Of a stretch of DNA of 64,000 nucleotides, positions 9,088-17,354 are shown in pieces. The notes beneath the pieces are model-generated. The model was not told the origin of the DNA, ran no database searches, and saw nothing but the letters and a program-made list of their open reading frames with translations. Origin of the DNA: an uncultured Bacilli bacterium (GTDB lineage Bacteria; Bacillota_I; Bacilli_A; RF39; UBA660); contig CANRCX010000004.1 of the NCBI GenBank assembly GCA_947629235.1, positions 13,191 through 77,190 on the forward strand, written 5' to 3'. A program made the translations under genes and the position numbers. Numbering within the stretch: the stretch's first letter is position 1; each line of letters starts with the position of its first letter.

Positions 9088-10438
9088 TATAGCATATAAA
9101 ATTAATAATGAAAGAATTACTTATAAAGAATTATGGAATAAAGCAACATACTATTCAGAATATTTAATTAATCAAGGAGTAGACCCTGTAATAATATATG
9201 GACATAAAAGTATTAGTATTTTGATATCTATATTATCTTGTATTATTTCTAATAGAACTTATATACCAATTGAAACATCTATGCCACTATATAGATTAAA
9301 AAAGATAATTAAAAGTACTAATACTTCTTTAATATTAACTGAAAATAAAATAAATTTAGATAATATATCTATTCATAATTTAAATGAATTAGAAAAATAT
9401 AAAATTCATAAAGACAAAAATAACAATAATAATATAGTTTATATAATTTTTACATCTGGTTCTAGTGGAGAAGCTAAAGGTGTACCTATAAGTAAAGATA
9501 ATTTAAATAATTTTATAAATTGGATTAGTAATTTAAAACCATTATGTGATTATAAAAATATTAATGTATTAAATCAAGCTAATTTTAATTTTGATTTGAG
9601 TGTTGCTGATTTATATTATTCATTATGTAATGGACATACATTAATATCATTTAATAGAGATAATAGTGAAGAAATATTTGATGTAATGAAAGAAATAAAT
9701 GTTGCAGTTATGACACCTACATTTATGAAATATTGTTTATTAAATGAAGAATTCAATGAAAAAAATTACAAAAAGTTTAAATGTGTATATTTTTGTGGTG
9801 AACAATTAGAAAAAAAATTAGTAAATAAGTTATTTTTACATTTTCCAAATTTAAAAATAATAAATGCATATGGACCAACAGAAGCAACAAGTGCAGTTTC
9901 TGCTATTAGAATTACAAAAGATATGTTAATAAATGAGAAAAAATTATTACCAGTAGGTGAAACTCAAACTTTTGCAACTAATATAGAAATTATAGATAAT
10001 GAAATAGTTTTAAAAGGAAAAAGTGTATTTAATGGTTATTTAAATAACTATACTCAAGGATATTATAAAGAAAATAATATTAATTGTTATAAAACAGGTG
10101 ATATTGGATATATAGAAAATAATAAATTATATTGTATAGGTAGAAAAGATAATCAAATTAAATATAAAGGATATAGAATTGAACTTGAAGATATTGAATA
10201 TAATATTAATTTAATAGATGAAGTAGAAGATTGTGCAGTAATAGCTAAATATAATGAAAATAATATTGTTAAAACAATAGTGGCATATGTTGTTTTAAAA
10301 AAAGATATTGATATAAAAATGAAATTAAAAAAATATTTACCAGATTATATGATACCAAAAACTATTAAAATAATTGATAAACTACCTGTTAATAAAAATG
10401 GTAAAATAGATAGAAGGGAATTAAGTAAATATGAATAA
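9035..10438 (+). CDS. dltA: D-alanine--D-alanyl-carrier-protein ligase-like adenylating enzyme
   Basis: It is collinear with my recollection of B. subtilis DltA: ITYKELWNKA, VIIYGHKSISILISIL, YIPIE, IFTSGSSGEAKGV, LNQANFNFDLSVADLY, YFCGE, NAYGPTEATSAV, TGD, GRKDNQIKYKGYRIELEDIE, NKNGKIDRR. The start may be 9035 or 9044, and either overlaps the vanW 3' end. Confidence 0.75.
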   Translation: MIKMIEKIKEIVKRNPNNIAYKINNERITYKELWNKATYYSEYLINQGVDPVIIYGHKSISILISILSCIISNRTYIPIETSMPLYRLKKIIKSTNTSLILTENKINLDNISIHNLNELEKYKIHKDKNNNNNIVYIIFTSGSSGEAKGVPISKDNLNNFINWISNLKPLCDYKNINVLNQANFNFDLSVADLYYSLCNGHTLISFNRDNSEEIFDVMKEINVAVMTPTFMKYCLLNEEFNEKNYKKFKCVYFCGEQLEKKLVNKLFLHFPNLKIINAYGPTEATSAVSAIRITKDMLINEKKLLPVGETQTFATNIEIIDNEIVLKGKSVFNGYLNNYTQGYYKENNINCYKTGDIGYIENNKLYCIGRKDNQIKYKGYRIELEDIEYNINLIDEVEDCAVIAKYNENNIVKTIVAYVVLKKDIDIKMKLKKYLPDYMIPKTIKIIDKLPVNKNGKIDRRELSKYE

Positions 10439-10661
10439 AATAGATGTCAAAAAATTATTATATGAAATATGTGAAGATAAAATGGTGTATGAAGATAATA
10501 TTGATTTAGTAGAAAGTGGATTATTAGATTCTTATGCATTTATAGAACTTTTTTCTAAATTAGAAGATGAAGGTATAAGTTTGCAACCAACAAGAATTGA
10601 TAGAACAAAATTAAGAACAGTTAAAGGTATTGAAGAATTAATAAATGAATTTAAAAAATAA
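10431..10661 (+). CDS. dltC: D-alanyl carrier protein-like
   Basis: 76 aa. ESGLLDSYAFIELFSKLEDEGIS parallels DltC EEGLLDSFGTVELLL (Ser is the Ppant site). An 8-nt overlap with dltA suggests translational coupling. Confidence 0.7.
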   Translation: MNKIDVKKLLYEICEDKMVYEDNIDLVESGLLDSYAFIELFSKLEDEGISLQPTRIDRTKLRTVKGIEELINEFKK

Positions 10662-10714
10662 TTGATTTTATTTCAATAGTAATATAAAATATATTTTTAC
10701 TAGGAGGGTTTTAA

Positions 10715-11932
10715 ATGAATATTGATGAAGATAGAATGACTTATGATTTAATGTGTGCTATTAGTGAGTTTGCATGTAGACCAACTAAAAATATGATAGT
10801 AAATGATTATGCATCTTTAATATTTTTAAATCAAGCACTAGCTAAATTATTTAATAAATATTTTGTAATAGATAATATAATTAAAGATTATCATAGAGCA
10901 CAAAAAATAAAAATAAGAGATAATCAAAACTCATTAAATAATTATTTAAATAATTTTTTTGAAAATAGAAAATTAATAAATGATATATCTACAAGCTATA
11001 TAAAGAATTTTGATGAAAAACAAATACAAAAATATCAATATTTTAAAAATTTAAGACATTATAGTAAACAAGATTTTATTGATGTAATTCTATCTTACTA
11101 TAGTACTTTTGGTAATAATATATATAATATTGTAAAAAAATATTTTGATGAAAATAGAATACAAACAGGATTTTCAATAAATGATTTAGAAAATTCAGGT
11201 GATGATTATTCTGGATTATATAGTTTTCTTACATTTTTACAAACAGGTTATATATTTGGTGAGCTTAGTGAATTAAGCACTATGAATGCTGGAATGTTAG
11301 TTCATGAACTAGGGCATGCAGTAGATTCTGAAACATTTATATTTCCACAACAAAAGAATATTAATATATTTGATGATTATTTATCAGAAATACCATCATT
11401 AACATTTGAATTTGGTTTTTATGATTATTTAGAAAAAAATCATATTGATATAATTGGTAGTAATATAATGAAAAATTTAAATTATATTAATTATTATTCA
11501 TGGTTTAAAGTATTAAATTATGCATCATCTCTAAAAGAAATGATTATTAATACAGATGGAGATATAGAAATACCACAAGAAGAAATTGATTCAATAAATA
11601 AAATGATAGCTGATATAATTGATATTACTATTTATGAAGATGGTGAAGGTAATGTTTTAGATCAAGAATGTGTTATTCGTTTAAGAGACTCAATTATATA
11701 TGCATTAGGTGGATACTTTGCAAGACATTTAAGTTTAATGATGAATGAAGATAATAAAGAATTTTTAAAAATATTTAATAATATTATTACATCTAGAAAA
11801 GAAGCAACATTTGAAGAAATAATTGAAAGAGCAGGTATTAATTTAGAAGACTTTATAAGTGGTAAATTAATTTATCCTAAAATTGATGAAGACACTTTAG
11901 TACTTAAAAATAGATTTGAGAAGAAGATATAA
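10715..11932 (+). CDS. HExxH zinc metallopeptidase, M3B (PepF)-like catalytic region
   Basis: MLVHELGHAVDSE is followed about 25 residues later by YLSEIPSLTFE, which fits the HExxH ... E third-ligand arrangement of M3 peptidases. It lacks the long N-terminal half of PepF. Confidence 0.45.
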   Translation: MNIDEDRMTYDLMCAISEFACRPTKNMIVNDYASLIFLNQALAKLFNKYFVIDNIIKDYHRAQKIKIRDNQNSLNNYLNNFFENRKLINDISTSYIKNFDEKQIQKYQYFKNLRHYSKQDFIDVILSYYSTFGNNIYNIVKKYFDENRIQTGFSINDLENSGDDYSGLYSFLTFLQTGYIFGELSELSTMNAGMLVHELGHAVDSETFIFPQQKNINIFDDYLSEIPSLTFEFGFYDYLEKNHIDIIGSNIMKNLNYINYYSWFKVLNYASSLKEMIINTDGDIEIPQEEIDSINKMIADIIDITIYEDGEGNVLDQECVIRLRDSIIYALGGYFARHLSLMMNEDNKEFLKIFNNIITSRKEATFEEIIERAGINLEDFISGKLIYPKIDEDTLVLKNRFEKKI

Positions 11933-11968
11933 TGTATTAATGTTATATCTTTTTTCATATAATTTATT

Positions 11969-12748
11969 ATGAAAACATATTTAAAATATTTATTAGTTAT
12001 ATTTTTTACTGTATTTAGTTTTTATTATACAGATAAAGTTATTGAATTATCACAATATAATAATACGATTCTAGCATCTATTGAGAAGTATGCTGAAGAT
12101 AATGATTATAAATGTATGGAAGGTTATATAAAAGAAGAAGGAATAGTTCTAGGACTAAGTGGTCTTATAGTTAATAAAAATAAGAGTTACTCAAATATGA
12201 AAGGTATTGGATTTAAAGAAGATTTAATTGAATATAAAAGTGATGAATGTATATTAAATAAAAAAGATAATTTAGATAAATATATTATTTCAGGTAATAA
12301 ACATAAAAATAATATAAGCTTAGTAATAGATACAGATACATTTAATTATTATAATCAAATGATGAAAATTGCCAAGAGTGAAAATATTGAATTAAATACA
12401 CTTGTAAATTTAAATAATATAAATAATATAGAAGATAAAACAAATATTTTATATAAAACTAATAGTAATGATATAAAAGAATTTAAGAAAAATATTTCTA
12501 ACTTTTACTGTGTTAAAACAAATGATTTTGATATATTAAAATATTGTAAAAAAGAAAAATTAAATAGTATTAATATAATAAATTATATTGAATCAGATTT
12601 ACTTATTAATACTAAAAAGATACTTGAAAATGGTTCAATTATATTTATAAAAGAAAATAATAAAAATTTAAATGAATTATTAACTACTATAAAATATATA
12701 AAAAGTAGGGGATATAATATAGTTAATATAGATACTCTTTTATCTTAA
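11969..12748 (+). CDS. membrane-anchored protein, degenerate polysaccharide-deacetylase (PdaB)-like
   Basis: It has an N-terminal TM segment. ISLVIDTD and the C-terminal GSIIFIKENNKNLNELLTTIKYIKSRGYNIVNIDTLL resemble the NodB-fold start and end. The catalytic D-D and His motifs are not recognisable. Confidence 0.3.
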   Translation: MKTYLKYLLVIFFTVFSFYYTDKVIELSQYNNTILASIEKYAEDNDYKCMEGYIKEEGIVLGLSGLIVNKNKSYSNMKGIGFKEDLIEYKSDECILNKKDNLDKYIISGNKHKNNISLVIDTDTFNYYNQMMKIAKSENIELNTLVNLNNINNIEDKTNILYKTNSNDIKEFKKNISNFYCVKTNDFDILKYCKKEKLNSINIINYIESDLLINTKKILENGSIIFIKENNKNLNELLTTIKYIKSRGYNIVNIDTLLS

Positions 12749-12801
12749 TAGATTGTAATTTTACTCTAAAAACTATATAATTATTATAGTAGGTGGGTAA
12801 T

Positions 12802-13740
12802 ATGATTAAAAAGTATTATAAGAGTTTAAAATCAAACTTAAAAAAGTTACATAAGAATATATTAGTAGTTAAAAGTAAATGCAATAAAAATTATATTTTT
12901 ATATTATTTGATATGTTATATTCAACAGTTAGATATGATGTAAATGATGAAGAATATAAATTTTTTGAATTTTATAATCTTGATAAAGATAAAAGAAATA
13001 CTTACCTTACTAACTATAGACATGATAGATTACAAAAACATTTATATGATAAAAATATTACAAATATAATAAATGATAAAAATAAACTAATATTAAGATT
13101 TAAAGATATATTAAAAAGAGAAGTTTATAATATAAATGATTTAAGTTTTAAAGAATTTGAAGACCTTTCAAAAAGCAATGGAAAATTAATATGTAGAAGT
13201 GATAACAATTCATTTATTAAAACATATAAAATATTTGATGTTAAAAATTATAGAAGTCCTGCTTTTATGGCAGAAGATATAAGAAAAAATAAATTATTTA
13301 TAATTGAAAAATATTTTGAAAATAATAAAACTTTATCTGAACTTAATAATGATTTAGTAGTTATTAATGTAGTTACTCTTTATAATAAAAGAAATGCTAA
13401 TGTAATATCTTCAACAATAAAATTTAAAGATGGAAATAATATTATTAGTGGTTGTATTGATATTAAAAATAAAGTTATTTTAAGTACTTTAAAAGATGAT
13501 AAATTTAACAATTATAAAAAAATAGATAATATTAAAGTCCCATATTTTGATAAAATATTAGATCTATCATTAAAATTAGCAAATGAACTTAGTGAAATAA
13601 AAGAAATCGAATGGAGTTTCTGTATAAATGGAAAAAATATTTATTTAATGGATGCATCTTTATGGAATGACTATGTATATTCACAATTACCAGATTATAG
13701 AAAAGTAGGATTAATTAAATATTATAATAGAATAAAATAA
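12802..13740 (+). CDS. ATP-grasp (sugar-transfer-associated type)-like protein
   Basis: ATG at 12802 lies 6 nt after TAGGTGG; the track's GTG at 12793 is less likely. The N-terminal FDMLYSTVRYDVNDEEYKFFEFYNLDKDKRNTYLT and the C-terminal IEWSFCINGKNIYLMDASLW resemble the ATPgrasp_ST family layout. The match is weak. Confidence 0.35.
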   Translation: MIKKYYKSLKSNLKKLHKNILVVKSKCNKNYIFILFDMLYSTVRYDVNDEEYKFFEFYNLDKDKRNTYLTNYRHDRLQKHLYDKNITNIINDKNKLILRFKDILKREVYNINDLSFKEFEDLSKSNGKLICRSDNNSFIKTYKIFDVKNYRSPAFMAEDIRKNKLFIIEKYFENNKTLSELNNDLVVINVVTLYNKRNANVISSTIKFKDGNNIISGCIDIKNKVILSTLKDDKFNNYKKIDNIKVPYFDKILDLSLKLANELSEIKEIEWSFCINGKNIYLMDASLWNDYVYSQLPDYRKVGLIKYYNRIK

Positions 13741-13748
13741 AAATAGGG

Positions 13749-14999
13749 TTAAATCATATTTTTAAATTTTTCCCTATTTTTTATTGTTGAATTTTTTAAA
13801 AGAGATGATGCACGAAGTAGAGTAGTTTTACCAAATTTATCATTTATTTTATCAATAATATCATAGTATTCATTTGTTTTGATTGAATTATCACTATCAT
13901 TATCAAATAAACTAAGTTGTGTACATTTTTTATTTGATAGTTTAGAATAAGCAATTCCAACTTTTCTAATAGGTAAGTCTTCTATATTTTTATCATAAAT
14001 ATATTTTAATACTTCAAGTATTTTATCTTTATTATCTTCTTCTATATTTAAAGATATTGTTTCACTAAATTTTTTATAATAATCTCTTGAATATGATACG
14101 CTTAAATAAATTAATTTAGTAGTAAGATTCATACTTCTAAGTTTAGTATTTAACATATCATTCATTTCTTCAATTACTAAAAAAGCTTCATCAACTTTAT
14201 AATCTCTATTTAATATTTGACTCATACTCATTGATTTATTCTTACCTTTATTATTTAAATCTTTTATAGTAGTAAAATCTATTCCATTAGCTTTACACCA
14301 AATGTCATTTCCCATAACATTACCAAATCTTTTAATATAAAAGTCTCGTGTATAATTATTTATATCTTTAATTTTTTTAATTCCAAGATTTGATAATTTA
14401 TCTTGAAGTTTTTTACCAAGTCCCCATACTTCACTTATTGGTTCTATATTCCAAAGTTTATTTTCAATATCATCATATGTCCATTTAGCAATACAATCTT
14501 TATTATGTTTTGCTTCTATGTCCATTGCAACTTTAGCTAAAAATATATTTGGTCCAATACCTGCAGTTGAAGTAATACCTGTTCTTTTCTTTATTTCTTT
14601 CATCATCATAAGTGCAATTTCATAATCACTCATATTATAATATTTTAAATAATCTGTTATATCAATGAATACTTCATCAATAGAATATACATGTATATCT
14701 TCAATACTTACAAACTCTTTATAAATATCTAATACTTTTTTACTATATTCTTCATATAATTTCATTCTAGGTTTTGCATATATAATATTTATATTTTTAG
14801 GAAGCTCAAAAACTCTAATTCTATTTTTAACACCAATGTTTCTAAGATAGGGTGATACAGCAAGACACATGGCAGAGTTACCCCTAGTAGTATCAGCAAC
14901 TACAAGTGGTACTTTAAATGGATCAAAACCTCTTTGTACACATTCGCAAGATGCAAAAAAACTTTTTAAATCAATACTAATAATATGTCTTTCTTTCAT
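13749..14999 (-). CDS. Y-family (translesion) DNA polymerase
   Basis: IISIDLKSFFASCECV, PLVVAD and YSIDEVFIDIT are the Y-family palm motifs. 416 aa. Confidence 0.85.
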   Translation of the reverse strand: MKERHIISIDLKSFFASCECVQRGFDPFKVPLVVADTTRGNSAMCLAVSPYLRNIGVKNRIRVFELPKNINIIYAKPRMKLYEEYSKKVLDIYKEFVSIEDIHVYSIDEVFIDITDYLKYYNMSDYEIALMMMKEIKKRTGITSTAGIGPNIFLAKVAMDIEAKHNKDCIAKWTYDDIENKLWNIEPISEVWGLGKKLQDKLSNLGIKKIKDINNYTRDFYIKRFGNVMGNDIWCKANGIDFTTIKDLNNKGKNKSMSMSQILNRDYKVDEAFLVIEEMNDMLNTKLRSMNLTTKLIYLSVSYSRDYYKKFSETISLNIEEDNKDKILEVLKYIYDKNIEDLPIRKVGIAYSKLSNKKCTQLSLFDNDSDNSIKTNEYYDIIDKINDKFGKTTLLRASSLLKNSTIKNREKFKNMI

Positions 15000-15062
15000 A
15001 CAAACACCTTTTTGTAATTATATAATACTATACAAATAATTGTTTGTCAATTACATAAAATA

Positions 15063-15084
15063 AAAAAGTAGATGTCTACTTTTT
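15063..15084 (-). terminator. intrinsic terminator overlapping the stop of the AAA+ gene
   Basis: AAAAAGTAG / CTACTTTTT around ATGT. On the minus strand a TTTTTTATTTT run follows. Confidence 0.55.
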
Positions 15085-17238
15085 TAATCTAAGTTCTATA
15101 ATTTCACAATGATGTTTTTGTGGTTTCATATTTCTTAATTTTTGAATTTGTCTTGCTTTTGAACTATTATAAAGTCTATCTTCATTAAGTAGTGCACTAA
15201 TAATATCTTCAATTGAAACTTCACTTCTATTATAATAAGCACTAATTGCATAAGCTTCTTTTAAAATATCAATTACCATTCTTGGATTACCAGATTTATC
15301 ATTATAAGTTCTAAATTTATCTTGTGTTGATTCAATTAACCATTTAATTATCATATCTTTTTCTTCATCACTCATAAGTAATTTAGAATAACTAAATTTA
15401 TTATAACTTGTAATTAAATTATCTAATATTTCATATATAACATCATTTGTAGGTTCACTTACTGAAATTTTTTTAAATCTAGTTTTATATGCTTCATCTT
15501 CATTTATATATTTTTGATATTCATTCTCAGTAGTAGAACCAATAATTCTAACTCTTCCTGTATCTAAATAAGGTTTTAATATTTCACTAACAGAATTTTC
15601 ACTATTTTCGGTTTTTCCTGCTCCGATAGTTTGATGAATTTCATCTATAAATAAAAGTATATTTTTAGATTTACTAGCATCATTTAATATTTTTTCCATT
15701 TTTTCTTCAAGAGTACCAACATATTTAGTACCAGCAACAAGAGTACTTGTACTTATATTAAATATTCTTAAATTTTTAAGTTCATCAGGAACATCACCTT
15801 TTTGTATTCTATAAGCAAGTCCATTTACAATAGATGTTTTACCACATCCAGCACGACCTGTTAATATAATAGATTTATCTTTCTCAGGATATAATAAAAT
15901 TTGTTCAATTCGTTTTAATATATCTTCACGTCCTACACTTGGATCTTTTAAATAATTTTCTTTTGTTAATTCATAACCATATTTATTTAAAGCAGATAAA
16001 TTTAATTCATTATCATATTCAGTAGTATTTTCAATAGACTCATCATCTAAATTATTACTTTCACTTTCATTAATAATTACATAATTATCTGTATTTATAT
16101 TTTTCATTTTATTTTGAAAATATTTTTTATCTTTTTCATCTACTATTAAAAATGATTCTTTAAATCTTTTATCTAATTTATATTTAGGATTTTTTTCTAA
16201 ATTTTTTTCGTTTCTAAACTTTCTTAATTTATCAAAATTCTCTAAAGAACAATTCATTATTATATAATTACTTTTTAGTTTAATATTATATTCATTATCA
16301 TTATATTTAAACACAATATTAAATTCTTCTTTATTATAATAAGAATCATATAAATAAGATAATATATCAATTTCATTTGAATTAATTATATGATTATTAA
16401 TACTTATTATTTCTAAACTATTATCTTTTATATTTGATAAATCTAATTTTTCATTATTGTTAATATTTTCAATACTAATAATTAAATCATTATTTACATT
16501 TTTAAAATCATCAAATTTTAAATAATATTTATTATTATCTTTATATATAATAAATCCATTAAATACATTTATTGGAAATCTATCACTAAAACTTTCATTT
16601 ATAACTTCAATATTATCAAAGAAATTAGCTAAATCCATATTAAATATATCATCTAATTCATCATATAAATACATAATTTTATCACTATCAATTTTATAGT
16701 TATATTTTAAAATATTATTAAATAAAGCAGATATTTCGCTATCTTCTAAACTATAATATATATTAATAGGAGTAATTTGTTTATAGAAATTATCATTTTT
16801 ATTTATATATTTATCTTCAAATTCATTTTCAACATAATCACATAAATCATTAAAAACATTATCTAAATTAATTCTATCTATTTCTTCTATTGTAATTTCA
16901 CTATTTAATATACTTGTAAATTTTGATTTTAAATTATTATCTTTAATAATAAATTTATTAAATAAGCTTTTACATGTAATACCATATTCTTTAAATTTAT
17001 TTTTAATATTTTCATCAGTATTTAAAATTGCAAATAAAGAAGAGAAATATATAATTTCATCTGCATATAAATTTCTTATTATTTCTATATCTTTATTTTT
17101 ATCATATTCATGAACTTTTATTTTAGATTCATTCTCATAAAAAAAGCTAGCAATTCTATTCATTATTATTAAATATCTTTTTGTTTCATTATTTAATTTT
17201 TTAAATATTTCGTTATTTTTCATGTTTAATTCTCCCAT
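15076..17238 (-). CDS. Clp/Hsp100-related AAA+ ATPase with a single D1-type module and a long unrelated N-terminal region
   Basis: Residues about 430-720 read like ClpA/B/C D1: GRAGCGKTSIVNGLAYRIQKGDVPDELKNLRIFNISTSTLVAGTKYVGTLEEKMEKIL, ILLFIDEIHQTIGAG, IIGSTTENEYQKYI, RFKKISVSEPT. There is no D2 module. The first 430 aa or so are Asn/Asp/Ile-rich with only a faint Clp_N-like segment. Confidence 0.7.
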   Translation of the reverse strand: MGELNMKNNEIFKKLNNETKRYLIIMNRIASFFYENESKIKVHEYDKNKDIEIIRNLYADEIIYFSSLFAILNTDENIKNKFKEYGITCKSLFNKFIIKDNNLKSKFTSILNSEITIEEIDRINLDNVFNDLCDYVENEFEDKYINKNDNFYKQITPINIYYSLEDSEISALFNNILKYNYKIDSDKIMYLYDELDDIFNMDLANFFDNIEVINESFSDRFPINVFNGFIIYKDNNKYYLKFDDFKNVNNDLIISIENINNNEKLDLSNIKDNSLEIISINNHIINSNEIDILSYLYDSYYNKEEFNIVFKYNDNEYNIKLKSNYIIMNCSLENFDKLRKFRNEKNLEKNPKYKLDKRFKESFLIVDEKDKKYFQNKMKNINTDNYVIINESESNNLDDESIENTTEYDNELNLSALNKYGYELTKENYLKDPSVGREDILKRIEQILLYPEKDKSIILTGRAGCGKTSIVNGLAYRIQKGDVPDELKNLRIFNISTSTLVAGTKYVGTLEEKMEKILNDASKSKNILLFIDEIHQTIGAGKTENSENSVSEILKPYLDTGRVRIIGSTTENEYQKYINEDEAYKTRFKKISVSEPTNDVIYEILDNLITSYNKFSYSKLLMSDEEKDMIIKWLIESTQDKFRTYNDKSGNPRMVIDILKEAYAISAYYNRSEVSIEDIISALLNEDRLYNSSKARQIQKLRNMKPQKHHCEIIELRLKK

Positions 17239-17354
17239 TAAATGAATTTATAATAGCATAATTTAATTTTTATTGTCAATTAAGTATTTAAAAAAAATAA
17301 ATTTAATGTTATAATTTATATGAAAGAAAAATATTAGTAGTGGAGGTGAATTTA

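Noticed and set aside
15000-15060. Possible SOS (LexA/Cheo) box upstream of the Y-family polymerase: the palindrome ACAAAcaattaTTTGT overlaps the TTGACA -35.
   Set aside because: It does not fit the Firmicute GAAC-N4-GTTC consensus in either half-site sequence or spacing. AT-rich palindromes are frequent here.
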